Source: Macrostomum lignano (taxonomy: Eukaryota). From it: a stretch of DNA of 64,000 bases. How positions within the stretch are numbered: position 1 is the first letter of the stretch; each line of letters begins with the position of its first letter. The stretch lies in assembly GCA_002269645.1 (NCBI GenBank), contig NIVC01000219.1:286262-350261 (forward strand), written 5' to 3'. Under the pieces are notes generated by a model. That model was not told where the DNA came from and made no database searches. It saw only the letters and a program-made list of their open reading frames with translations. Shown piece after piece: positions 45,601 to 58,772 of the stretch. The translations under genes and the position numbers were made by a program.

Positions 45601-48600
45601 CCCTGTTGTCCATGCGAATGCTCCGGCCTTTAAACAGCTTGTCCACTGTAAATCCGCCCATCTCAGGCGACAGTCTGCGGTACAGTGGGTAGCCTGTATC
45701 GCTGGTCAGCGTCACCTGCTGGAATTCTTTAGGAAAGCCCTTGCTGCATTCGCCATTCTCCATGCAAGGGCACGCTGGATTGTCCTTGCCGCAGGGGCCA
45801 TGGATCATGTGCGTCTTCACCAGCTCATACAGCACGGGCTGCTGCTCTGGGTCCGGAATCTCGGCAGACACGATGTCATCGTATCGGTCCGGAGTCACTC
45901 GCTGACCGCTCACGAGCCACAGCAGAAAGTGCACATGAGGAAGACCTGGAGCGTCAAAAAAGTAGAAAAAATCACAAACCTTTGTAAATCTAAATTTCAA
46001 TAAATCTTAAAACTTTGATTCTTGCAAGTCAGAATTTTTACTCACCACGCTTCTGGTACTCCAGTGAGCAAACGTGAGCGGCCTCTTTCCCATAGCGCTT
46101 GGTCAACTGGGCCAGCAGAGCTTTCTTCTTCATTTCAAAGACTCGGCTAACAATGTCGGGCCGGTCTTCTGCCCGCTGTCCAGGCAGCAGCTGGGCGCTG
46201 ATCTCCGGCCATTTCGGATTGCACGTTGCGGTGACAAACAGGTCCGGCTTACCGAACTTGTGAACATAGGTCATAGCGTCTTGTAGCCTCTCCATCAGGT
46301 ACCTTGGCCCGCCAACGAAGCTCGAAGACAGAAGCACATGCGCGGGCTTGCCTATGTCACTCGGATCTCTGTCGGTAGACCTGCCATCAGCCGCAAACAA
46401 AGCGTCCCGCAGACCGCTATACGTCTCGCTGCGCAGGTCCTGCTGATGGGTCCGCAAATACAGCAGCCTCTCTGCCTCAATCTTGGCACACATGTCCACC
46501 AAGTACTGCTGAAATAATCTTCGGCCATAGTGCAGCACACTGAACTGGCCCGCTCGCACCATGATTTCGCTCGCATAGTATTTCATGGGCGTTAATTTCT
46601 TGCCATTACTCATCAGCAACTCCGGGTGCCAGCCATCTTCGCCATTCGGGAACAGCAGCACATACTCCAGCGGGTCGTATGAGCGGTGCGTCTCACTGAT
46701 TCGCTGGGAACCGCCTCCACGCAGCTGAATCACGACGTCCCGACTGGCCGGTGTGTTCTCATTGTCCTCAACGATCAGGATACCGACCTCGTTCGCCGTA
46801 GGCAAGTTGTAGCGCCTGATTTCAAACGGATTTTGTGGGATACAGAGTCTGTACAAATTGGATAATTAGATACTTTATTACGCAAAATATGTTATTAAAG
46901 TGTCTTGCAGACATACCGAATGTGTTCCCCAGATGGTCGACGGTCAGGGTGAATCACGATTCGCGCATCTCCCAACTCCGGATCTTGACTGATTCGATGA
47001 GCGACTGCCCTCAGGCTGCGGACATAGCCGTTACACTCGTGAAGCAGCGTCTGCAGCAGCTCCAGTAGCTCCGGCTTCACCTTCTGGCTGAGACTCTGGC
47101 GGCTTTCAAGTTCGCGATCATTGAAATACACTTGCCAGCCATGGGGCTCAGCTGAATCTTCTGCAAACAGCGACGCCGTGTTGTGATGCAACTGGCCGCT
47201 GATGATGAAGCTGGGACACCAGCCTGGCACCAACCGCAGTTTGGCACCCAGCGATGTCAGGTGCAGCGCCGAGTTGTAACTTCTAATGTTGGTCAGGAAC
47301 TCAGCACTCATTCTGTGCTGCCCCATGTACAGATCCGCCAGCACTTGAGGCACGGTGCGGCTGGGTAGCTTTACCTTGCCTTTGGCGCAGCAGAAATTCC
47401 TCGTCTCAGAGCACCAAAGTAATGCACCGCATTGGTCGCATGCTCTGTCCATTGGGCCACAGTTATGGGCTGGCGCTTCAGGCCTGATAATCCGTTCTGG
47501 CCTGTGATTGGAAGGATTAGGATTAGGAAGGATTAATGGCAAATAGTTTTCCCGGTTAATCTTTCATTTTACAAAAAAATATTAGAATAAAACTTAAAAC
47601 TTGATTTCGATGACAAATAAATTATGATGACCAGTCACACCAATGACCTACCTCTCTTGAGCAGGTCTTGCGCCAAAATGACCTGCACTCTGCTGAGTTA
47701 ATCTTGGCTCCTCTGCATCTGCAATGGGCTCAGAACTGAAATCGGATTAGCAAATCGCAATGACTCATAATGCTCATGACGCAAAAGAATTCGGACGATT
47801 GCAATCGGTGGCTGCAAAGGGGACATACAGTACTGCAATACACTGCCATTTTCTTGATAAATTACCAGATCAACATTAAAACAACGGCTTAAAAGCGGAA
47901 CAACTTCATCAGGCACATATGTGCCTTCAGAAAAAGATGAATCAACAATGAAATCAGCATTTTCTGGCAAAACAAAGCCTTGTTCAATCAATTCTGGCAT
48001 AATCTGCACTACACGGCTCGTCAGCTCGTGTCTTAAAGATGCTGCATCGGTCTCAAGTGGAGTGCCCTGCAACTGGTCACAGACTGCATGAAAAAAACAG
48101 TTCCCATCACCAGGAATTCGAATTATGCGCAACGCATCAAAAGGTACCACAGACGGTGTGGCCAACTCACTACTATCAAACCTGGAATAGAGGAAATAAA
48201 GATTTAGTATATTTGGATTATACACAACTTCATTTGGCGGTTCTTAGAATAGTGAAGAATATTTTTATGCCATTCTACATTCTTACAAACCAGTCTAAAA
48301 TGTAATTGCATTATAAACAAAGATTCTTCGAAAACCATTTTCATCAGTAAAAAATGCTTAACCGATTCTCATAAATTAATATTGTTATATTAAATACCTA
48401 TCTCATAGATTTAAGATTCTTCGAAGCCGACTCACACATATAATATTCTTAGAAACAGGCTTCAAAACTTAATATTATTAGAAACCGAATTTATTTTAAT
48501 TGTAGATTCTATCTAAAATACTTATCTCATATGTATAATTCCTGGAAGCCTATCTCAAAAATATGAGAAAAATTGCGTTAAAAGACTTAGAAATGGGCTC

Positions 48601-49252
48601 TAGTTTTTCAGTATAAGCCTATGTACCAATTAAACAACAACTACAATACAAAATACCCATAAAAGAATAAACATGAACACAACGGGCACATTGATTATTA
48701 TCATTTAACGGTCACAGTGTGTTAAGAATGATCACAGAAATATATAATAGCTCAGATTAAAACGTCATCCTACCTGCTAACCGACACTCCTCGACGGCGA
48801 ATTTGTTCGGCTTCGATTCGAGCTCTTCGTTCATCTTCGGTTTCTGAAGCGCGTCGCTTCTCTGCACGAATTCTGTCTGCAGATCTACGCTCTTCACGCT
48901 GAGCGTCTGTTTCAGTTGCTCTTTGCTCAGCATTCTCCTGTCGGAGTCTCGTCAGGCGCTCTTCTCGCTGAGCATCGGTTTCACTTGCTCTTTGCTCAGC
49001 CTCCTGCTGTCGGAGTCTCGTCAGGCGCTCTTCTCGCTGAGCATCGGTTTCACTTGCTCTTTGCTCAGCCTCCTGCTGTCGGAGTCTCGTCAGGCGCTCT
49101 TCTCGCTGAGCATCGGTTTCACTTGCTCTTCGCTCAGCCTCCTGCTGTCGGAGTCTCATCAGGCGCTCTTCTCGCTGAACGGCACTCTCTTGCTGACGCT
49201 TCTTCTTGGCATCTCTGCTCTTCTTCAATGCGCTGGTGCCACGTCGAGCCAT
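42662..49252 (-). CDS. Helitron RepHel with N-terminal 23-aa STPR-like repeats, OTU protease, Zn finger, HUH Rep and PIF1 helicase; about 8 introns; possibly inactivated
   Basis: ETDAQREERLTRLRQQEAEQRAS repeats; GDGNCFFHAV...HYESL (OTU); CDQCGA...CCAKG; PDLFVTATCNPKW; EYQKRG|LPHVH; KYVIKYLLK; APAGTGKT; WDEISM; GDFRQLLPV; TIHKSQGQSL. A stop follows the OTU (47698), and one donor appears to be GG near 45600. Confidence 0.85.
47698..48181 (-). CDS. OTU-family cysteine protease exon of Helitron 2
   Basis: IPGDGNCFFHAVCDQL catalytic Cys loop and RHEHYESL His loop; spliced in frame to the STPR exon (donor 48773, acceptor 48182). Confidence 0.85.
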
Positions 49253-51484
49253 ATTGGAATTCGAATTGAAAAATAAGAATTTTGAGTGATAATGAAAAAA
49301 TAGTATGGGGGTTGTGTGCGAGAAAAGAGTATGGTATGAAATCTATCATGTCACGCGTTTTAAACTCATCAACCACACAACCCCAAAAAGCTGGACACCA
49401 TTTGTACACTGTCGTCAGACTGTCAGTGTGTACAGCAAGCCTAAATTCTGTCTCCAACACCCGCCTGCTAATTGGTCAGGACTTTTTATTATTTAATATT
49501 CTCTCTAAAACACCTTGGCCCAGTACTGTAATGAATTTTTAAGCCTAAGGCTAACTCTCCCATGTTAAAGGATTGAGATAAATTTTCTGAAGGAGGCGCA
49601 AATCTCAGTAGCCAATGTACATCTCTGTGGCATTTAATAATAATTCTATTTATCGATGGATGGTATGCACTTTTTATGATACGACGGTCTTACTAAAACG
49701 TACTTTAGCCTATAGATTGGGGGTCTTGAATATCGCATATGAAAAGGCAACTCAGGTTTCTTTAGCTTTAGCTTGCGATGTGAATCGATTAAATATACTC
49801 GTACGCTCGTATGTGTTTCACTCTCTCACTCTCCCTATTTCCAGCTTTTAAAGTTAGTTTGTTAATTGTGCACGTGAACATTTTATAATACACATCTCTT
49901 CTCGCAGTGTACATTTATAATTCTCTAGAGTGGCGACAAAAAATACTAATTTACTGACGCTGCCTAGTTTAATTCCAGTCAGAATGGCTCGCAGTAGAAA
50001 GTTCTGTTGACCCTTGCAGAAAGGCATGTGTTATGGAATATTCGTTTATATTCTATGCTTTACATGAGCTACTTATGCTTGAAATGAAACATTTGGTTCT
50101 TGGTTCTGGAGTAAGCATCGACATCTCAGCAATTCCCCCACTAAGCGTTTTACATAACGCTTCTTTTACTCGTATGTTTAACGCGATCGAGATGAGCACG
50201 AAGCAGAGATGAACACGAAGCAGTTATGAGAGTTATGACATAATCAATTTTTCAATCGGTCAGTATCAGTTCTAATTAAAGTTAACAATATGGTTACGCA
50301 GTCTAAATCAAGTCTCGTGCTATGTTTCCACAGAGTGTTTTCAACACTGTGACGCAATTCAAGTCGGAGTTACAATTCAGTTGTGATGCAATCTTTATCA
50401 CAATCGGAATTCAGCCAGTAGGTTTTTTCTCTAGCATTCTTACAACTCATACAATGCATTCCAGGTCGAAAGAGCTGCTTGACCTTTGCAAAAAAGCATG
50501 TTTTTCGAATATTTAATCCCTTTAACATTGAGCAATTTCTTAGCCAAGATGCATGTACCGTCCATGGAAAATTTCTGATCGAATGGTGCAAGTTTGAAGA
50601 AAATCGGTTGAGCCAATTTTTCTGAAATCTATCGCATAGCTAGTTAGTTACAGACATTTCATTTTTAGTATATAGGATTTTTTCTCTAATCGATCACATA
50701 GATAGATAGATAGATAGATAGACACAGACAGACCATTTTTAGTATATAGGACGAGTGGAACTCCTCCGTTGGAGGAGAAATCCGCTGAATTGAAATCCCC
50801 GGAATCCCATGGTTGGAATGTTGAATCTGCAGAACTCCATATCGTAACCCTAACCCTAGCTCTTGGGCCAGCGAAATTGAGCTACTGAAACGATCGCCTG
50901 CCCCCGTTGATGCATATGCATTGCGCCATCACTGTCGCAGCCCGGTTCTCACAAATGTACACTGCATTTAGCCGAATTTATTCATTTATTTCGGCCTTGT
51001 TACTTGCAAGCGTACAGTAAAGATCAAGTCTATTCAATGCAAAACTAATGGCAGTGTTTAATTAAATTATATTTACATATTATATACATAAAATAATCAG
51101 ACAGCACAATCCGAAGCAACCTGTCAAGACGAAAAGCAGTAGAGACCATGAAAAGCACATCAGTGTTTGAAATTGACATCGGGAATAATTAAAGAAGAGC
51201 AGAGTAGCACCACACAAAGCAAAGCAGAATGCGTTACTCGCTAATGTCGGAGCAGAGCAAAAACAGCAACTGAACTTCATAAAAGCGATTGACTGACCCA
51301 CAGCCAAGCTAGAGACCAAAGGAAAGAGGCGCGACTTCCTCCCGTAAGCACTACTGCAAGAGGATAATTTGACAGCTATCAATTTTGAGCTTCCTAATTT
51401 GGGTTACAACAATTTCTTCCTATTTCAAAGAGTCTTTGCCCCAAGTTGCTAATAACTTTTTGGCCCAGGTGGTCGCACATCTTT

Positions 51485-51754
51485 TTACATCCCTTCTGCC
51501 GTTAAAATTATTGAAATTGTAAATCGAAGCCGAGTTTCAGCTGAGCGAGCGGTCTGCTCCTGCTGACGCCGGGACTGCAGCCTTTCTTCACGCTGGACCT
51601 CCCCCTCATCGTCCAAGCGTTTATTCTTCGCTTCCCTTACCTTCTGCAGCCGAGCTTCCCGGTCAGCAGAGCTCTCCTCTCTGCGCTTCTTCTTCGCCTT
51701 TGAAGCATTCCGCGCACTACTCGCGAACGATGCACCTCTGCTTCGCTTGGGCAT
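51485..51754 (-). pseudogene. N-terminal remnant of a third Helitron RepHel gene
   Basis: MPKRSRG...KAKKKRREESSADREARL resembles the N-termini at 11794 and 49252. A hairpin ctcctccgttggaggag (50761-50777) suggests its 3' end abuts Helitron 2. Confidence 0.6.
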
Positions 51755-53104
51755 ATTGAATGATGAGAAATGAGAAGCTATGAGAAAGCTAGAACCTAAA
51801 TGAAAAATAAGTTATGAAGACTTTGACTTGAGAAGCATCAGTTTATATGGAATTCAATCATAGGAGAGTTGAAAAATCAATGAGCTTTCGCTATTTGGAC
51901 TGTGTACACTGCGGTGATTCATTTATTTAATCTCAATATTATCTCCAGCCAATCACTCAATATGAAAATCAGTCTATAGCCCATGCACCTCCCCAAATGC
52001 ACAGGGAGAGTCTAGGCTTGTGCATTGCACAGTCAGAATTGAAATTAATGAAACCCCTCCCCAGCCACTTAACGTTTTCACAATTGAAATCAAGAAATTT
52101 TCTATGACAAATTGCTCTGATGCAGTTGAGATTTCGGAACAGAAAATTATACCATTCTGTTCAGTTTTTCAAACTCTTTCCAACGGTGTGATTCACTTTT
52201 CTGTAGCTTCAAAATTGAAAGCAGAAATTAAGGTGCAAGTTTTCCCGTTTCTTACTTACAGAGCGCAATGTACACTCGGAGTTAAAATGAAGCCAATCCA
52301 TTCTCGCGCAGTGTGCACCTCCACCCCATTTTAACACTGAGCAAGTAGGCAGGCCCGACCGCCGCCAACCAATTCTCGTCTCAAATGCCGGTACCCCTCC
52401 CACAGCTGAAATGAAATACACTGCAGAGATAGGAGAAAAGTTGTGGCGCAACCATACAAAATAGCGCCAAGTGGCAAGTCCATGGAATGCGATAGACATC
52501 TGGTTGTCTGGTTTGTGCTGTTTTCTGCTTTTTTGAAGCAATTAAAATTGAAATTTGAAAATGAATTTTAAACTGTAGCATCGTCGGGACATTTGACATG
52601 TTTTGGTACCGGTTTGAAAGTTGAGTTGCAAGAATCCTAGGAGGAGATCGTCGACAAACCCGGCCCACCGGCCCACCCTACCACCGGACCACGACGTCAG
52701 CTTTAGTAAAGAGAGGATGAATGGAGCGCCTGTATCTTTAGTGTTTAGAGTTTTTTCTGTAAGTAATTCATGTCCCTACAAAAAAGCAGTTAAAAGCGTA
52801 CAGTGTAGTGACGCTCTAGAATAGGAGATAACAGCGATTGTCCAATCATGCAAGTCTGCAAGCGATACCCAATAGGAAATCTACGGAATTGATCGATGAC
52901 GGCAATAAAATGTTACTTTCGCGATTTAAGAGCTGAGAGTATTTCACATTTGAATCTTTGAACCAGTAAACTATTTCTTTGCCTCGAATTATGCAAAGCA
53001 CATTATTTCTTACAGTACTTCTGTCCAGTAAGTATCGATGCATCTTCACTGAATATTTGCTAAAATGATTGTTATAGCATTAATCATTTCCTAAAATCTT
53101 GCAG

Positions 53105-56100
53105 TTTCAACTGAAATCTGTCAGACTGCAATGGTCTTCAATAAAGTGGACAGAATCGTATTAGACTCGACTGCAAGTACTGAGCTTATCAACATAGCGA
53201 ATTCCGAATCAAACATTGACTGCCTAGCTAAATGTCAGTCAAAAGGATGCGCAGCTGCAAGCTTCATCTTAAAAAATGGTACTTGCAAGCTTTTGATCAT
53301 TAATAATGCTTCGAACAACCATGAGCTGCCAGATGGTTTTAGAGACAATGTTTTAATTTCAAAAAGCAACGACTCGAATTTGTGGAAGGCCGGGACGTTT
53401 GATAAAATGCTGAGAATGAGAGCCAAAGTTAACATGACCTATTTGAGTAAGTATTTGCTCAAACACTGTTCTGTATTCACTTTTTTTTAATTCATTTTTT
53501 TATTTGACGAAATCAGAACGAACAAGTAAGACTGTAAGACTGGCAAGTAAGTAAACTTACTTTAACTAGACTAAGAAGCAGCTGTTTACACTTTCTAACG
53601 AGCAGAAAATACCATATTCTTTCCTGAACAGTAGAAATTAGCAGGATTCTTAATCTCTCATAACAAATTCACAGTTCTCAGAAACGATGATGAGGAAGAA
53701 AGTGAAGGCAACTGCACACCCTGTGTATCTTTGTGAGCTGAGGTTTCAGCGAAATGGGCATGACTGCTTGTCTCCTCGCTGCCTGCAGGTCGACTATCAC
53801 TTTTATTTGCATTAGTGCTCAAAATTACTACCTGTCAACTTTAGACAGCAGCTCTGGGAGGCTGGGCAGCGTGCAGCAGCTCCTCATCAACATTACCGGC
53901 TGCTACCGGATCGAGGTGGGCGGCGCCAGAGGCGGCCCTGGAAAATCTCGCCTTGGTGGTTTGGGCGCCACAGCGTCTGATTGTTTCTGGCTGAACGCTG
54001 GCACCCGTCTGGCCATCGCGATCGGTCAGGCAGGAGCACCGTCGCTGTCGAGTCTAGCTGGAGCCGGCGGAGGAGGCGGCACCTTCGTGTACACGAACTC
54101 TGACACTGTCTACAGGAATGTCTCCATCAGCAACTGGAATGTCAGCGACTGTATGCGGGATGGTAGTTCGGAGGCGGCGAGCTGCTACCTTCTTCTTGCG
54201 GCTGGCGGCGGCGGCGGGGCCTCAAATTTGAATGATGGTGAGTGTAATCAGAAATAAACCTGCGGGTACCAGTCTAACTATAACTTGGGCCAATACTACC
54301 AAATCAGTCAATTAATTTGTTGCTTTTTTATTTGTTGAATGGAAAAACTAGAAAGGTTTCCATGTGCAATTTTGTTGGAAATATTGTTGTGGTATTCTAC
54401 GAGCTAATCAGGCTAGACTGATATTTATATAATATAGAAGTGCATTAGGAGAACGCTGATGGAAGCAGCAGATAAAAGATGCAGGTTGCTGGCCCACAGG
54501 AGACCCCAAAAGCCGATGGGCAGACCATACCAGAGCGCTGCACCAGCGTTCGTCGATAAGTCTATGTGAGCTCTGAGCTGCAGCAGCATCGTGGGGCTCA
54601 GAGCAATTTTTGCTTTGCTCGGGCGTCCCGCTTGCGCTTGACGCCCTGTAGCGCTAGGCGCACACTACTAGGCGTGGGTGAGTCAGGTCTTCCCGTTTGA
54701 GCCAGGCAACTGCATGTAGAGATCTGCATGAGGAATTGCCTCTTGTCAGGCCCTAAGAGTCAGCTGCGACGGTGAAGTCATCACAAGGTAGTTGCAAATA
54801 GTTTGGTGCCTGTTCCCTGCGGATCATCATTTGCTTGACCGCTTTAAAAAGCCGATAGTAAATGGTGACTTCTTTGGCGTCGGCTGGGAGAATATGTGCT
54901 TGATTTGCACTTCGGAATCATACCGTAACCCTTTCAGAATCAGAACTTAGCATTTGACTGTAGTTCCTCTTTTCACATGACTAGCTTGTTACGAGTATAT
55001 GTCCGTCGCACGATAAGGCGGTCTCTGACATAATCTTGGGATTTAAAAGGCTAGAAACTGGTGCTGGTGGTGGTGGTTCACCGGTGATTCCTGTAGCCAG
55101 GAGACGCTGCTCTATCGTTTAGTTTTTTAATCTTCTCTTGTCATCGCATGTTCACTGGCCGGGTGATTGTCTTTGCGAATTCAGCAAAAATGTGAAAAGT
55201 GACAAGTCCTGCGAAAGAATAATTGGTGTTAAACTGATGCACACTGACCGACCGTTTTTTTGGGCGGCTGTGCCTTTGGCTATTGAGGGCGTGTCTCGTT
55301 TGTGCTTTCTGGTGGCAGCAGGTCCGTAGCTAGCAGCGGAAAGTCGCCCACCGAAAAACTGTCGTGCTATTTTATACAGGTAACCTCGTCAAAGCGCATG
55401 ACCGTGACATCTCCACCAGTTCTCCAATATGAACGCTTTACTCGTAGCACGCTGTAACCCCCATGAAAATTTATTGCTCTGCTACTAACGCCATCTAGCT
55501 CGTAGTAACAAAGTAATGTGCCTAAGCTCATTGGTGCGATCCTAAGGCTTAGAAATTTCATAAAGTTTCCATGAGCGTTCTTAAAAGGGGCTCTCAAAGA
55601 CGCACTTTTATTTATCGATCTTTTCTTTATAAATATATTTTTAGGCATCGCTGGCCAAGCTGGTACGTCCGGAACAAATTCCAAAGGTATTTTGACTAGC
55701 AGCGAAGGATTTGGCGGCTCCAATGGGAATCCGGGATACTTAGATCCGGAGAAGCGTTTCAGCACAAATGCGCACGGCGGCTGCGGCGCAGGCTGGCTTG
55801 GTCGTGCCGTAAATGCTCGAAAGTTGAGCATTGATGGCGACCACGGAGGCGGCCTCGCTGACGGCTGGCTGGGCGGAGTTACTGGTAACGATGGTACAGG
55901 AGGCGATGGGGGCTTTGGTGGTGGCGGTGGAGGCGGTAACAATGCTGGAGCTTCTGGAGGCGGCGGTGGTTTTAGCGGTGGAGGAGCCGGTGTCGGCTAC
56001 ACCCAGGTCGGTGGTGGCGGTGGCTCTGTCTGCTTCGGAGGTGTCAGTTGCAGCATCAAAACTGCTGGCAACTCTGTTCGCGAGCAAGGCTTCGCGACCG

Positions 56101-56135
56101 TGCAACTGTTGAATTATCTGGCGTATGGTTGCTGA
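53105..56135 (+). CDS. Host gene encoding a PAN/apple-like module plus an ALK/LTK-type glycine-rich domain (multi-exon)
   Basis: CLAKCQSKGCAAASF...CKL (PAN-like); GCYRIEVGGARGG...LAIAIGQ.G...GGGGGTFV...LLAAGGGGG; last exon 55645-56135 is in frame after the donor at 54238. The 5' exons are unresolved. Confidence 0.7.
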
Positions 56136-58117
56136 TGAGATCGAATAAAAACTTTGTTGTAATACTTGTAAGTACGAGAAGTTTGGACTGCAGAAGTTAT
56201 AACTCAGAATTACGCTCGTAGCAACAAAATATTATACCACTTTATGAGCGAATGAACTAAATTGTCAGCCAGTGCAAGTCATTACATTAAGAATTAAGTT
56301 TGATTGATTTCATTGACGGTTCCTATGAATCTTGAACTCAATGCGCGAAAGTGAGCCTAGCACCCTCCTAGCCCTTTCGTAGCTTTAACACTTAAAAACG
56401 TCAATGATCGTTCGAAACCTGTTTCGATTACTTTCCTTCTCTTTATAGTTCTCTTTCTCTTATTATTTCATGATTTTGTAAAATGTATTCTCGTCGGTTG
56501 TGTGATTTTATGAATTAATTTCCATGTAAGGTATGTAATATTGTTCTTGAAACTTTGCTTTCCTTTTAAATGTTTCTTGAAAGTTTCTTGTTACTACCTT
56601 ACGTAAACTTTTTTGTACTGTAGGAAACCTAAAATGTTACGTAAATTATTAAATTAATAAATATACCACAGCCAACCGTCATATTTCCAACCCCCCACAT
56701 GTTTAGCCCATATGACTGATAAACAAAACAAAAGAACCAGCGCCTGGCTTTCCAATTCACTTCGTTAAATGAAATCCTTTTAAATTGAATAGTTATTTGA
56801 TGAAGTCCTGGACAAGCCTGTACAGCCCTGCGGAATAAAATCCTATCACCTTATCAAGAATTCATTCTTGTCCCATATTAACAGGGCTAATAAATCCTCG
56901 CTCTGGAACGATCTATTAAGGGAGAGGGCGCAGAAACGATCAGAGTTACCAAAATTTTCGCGAATGAACCGCATTCTATAGGTACTCGAGGTAAGTGGAA
57001 GAAACAGCGAGTCTGTTTTAATTAGAAAATGGCTATTAAATGCTATGCTGTGAAACTTTACTTTCCACTCCAAACAAAAAAAGTTAAAGATAATTCATCA
57101 GTTTTGTTTTTAGATTGCTACCAGACTAAAAAAGCCAACCTTTTTACGTCGAAAACCTTTCTATATTCCCATCTTTTTCCTGGCTCTAACCCTTTGCTAT
57201 TATCTTCTTATCTGCACTTTACGTTTTTCCAGCTCTCATCTGCCTCTTTAGCCTTTGCTGTTTTATTTCGTAGCTGTTTTGACGTTAGTAACGTTCATCG
57301 CCTTCTTACCCTCCGCTTTCGCAAAATCCCTATTTTCGCTTGATATATTGACGTTGAATGGTCTCTCCTCATGTGCTGATGTGAAAAGCATTTCCCTTAA
57401 TGCTAAGGCTACTACAACTATTCCACAGAAACTCTACCCCGTCTGATTCGCCATATTTTATCTAATGCAAAAAGTTCGTTTCATCACTTGATATTAGACT
57501 ATCATCACTCGCAACGAGTGCTTCAACAGCAGCTGCATCCTTGAAAACGGTCTTGTCGCGCTTTTTGCGAAATCATTGTATTTTTTGCTCATTCAACAGC
57601 TGCTTCAACTGCACTTATCGAGTCTGCAGATACAAAAGTGCCCGTTTAAATATCCTCATGTAGCGTTGGACTTAGCCGTTAACTCAAAATTCAACATTGT
57701 CATAATTTTTTAGAGCATATGTCTGCATTTTCATTGCATCAATGTGGCCATTCTGGCCTATGACATGACATTTTCTATGACATTTATTTTAGTAGACGGA
57801 ATACAAACAAAGCAACAGGACAAAAGATGCGCATACAATGTGTTTTTAAAAGTTAGTCAACAGTTAGTCAGTTGAGTTGCCGTTAACGCGCCAAATTATT
57901 CATTATCAGACATTGAGTCCGCTAGTTGTTCAGGCCTTAAAAATCAAACGTACAATTTTGAAATGTGCCAGAAAATTTGACACTGGTCGTTGAAACGAGC
58001 AAAGGCGTATGCGGTTGGCCTTCAGCTTGATAAACTTCGCAGGTACCTACTGATTTCTTGATTGACATTACACCAGTAGGGCCCACACGCTTAACGCACA
58101 CGGTCGACGTACTAGCG

Positions 58118-58772
58118 TCAACGAACGGCTTCGGACATAGCTCTAAAGTCGGCGTCTCTCCTAATCCTTGAGTATCGTTCTACACTCACCGGGTTCTTGT
58201 GACCAGTGCTGCAAACGATCGCGGAATTCGAAAATCCATGCACCTTCAAAACAGTAACGTGCGTTACACGAATGCAAGGATTCGTGTATCGCTTAGAGAG
58301 CCCCAGTTTAGTAGAAAGTCGACTCATCAGTTGATCTATCGTGTTCTTGCCAACCTACGGAAGCCACAGTACCAGCGCTTATCCGATATATCTTTCAACG
58401 TTGACACACGTTTCTTGTGTGTATGTGACTGGCCATAGACTAGCTGTGGGTACACGTTTCTTGACACACAAGCAACTCGATTTTAAGATTGTGCTGATTG
58501 TTTAGGCACTGAAGGTACATCTTCAATGCAGCAACAGGACAGCTCCTATTTTCAGACTCAGAGTACATGCGTGCTTGTTTAGTATCCTGGAACTCGGTCT
58601 TCTTCAGAGATGTCCTTGAGTTCTTACTCAGAAAGTCATGTTTCAGGGCGACATAGTCGCGCCCCTTAGAATCTTGTAGAAACGCGAAGCTTTCTAAGGT
58701 TAGAGTTGGTAGAGTTTCTCGTCTTTGCAATCAAAAGTAGTAAATTAAATGAAACATGACCTCGTCTTGCAG
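58118..58772 (-). pseudogene. Crypton-type (DUF3504-like) tyrosine recombinase relic
   Basis: LQDEVMFHLIYYF.L..RETL, CPVAALKMYL and YTNPCIR...STGHKN...ERYS, where the H-x-x-R His is replaced by P; stops and frameshifts present. Confidence 0.75.

Larger units (their letters stand above)
40539..50751 (-). mobile_element. Helitron 2 (~10 kb) with a multi-exon STPR-OTU-Rep-helicase gene
   Basis: Two stacked 5' ends (TCCTATATACTAAAAATG at 50751 and 50677); 3' hairpin gcccccccgttggggggc plus CTAG at 40539-40542. That all of this is one element is an inference. Confidence 0.8.

Noticed and set aside
48916-49276. Plus-strand repeat ORFs
   Set aside because: They are antisense shadows of the 69-bp STPR repeat exon on the minus strand.
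54450-55050. Possible LINE or other retroelement remnant in the intron of the glycine-rich gene
   Set aside because: The composition is suggestive, but I could read no convincing RT motif.
56846-57750. Possible DDE transposase remnant on the minus strand
   Set aside because: There are too many stops and no diagnostic motif, so it cannot be assigned without a search.
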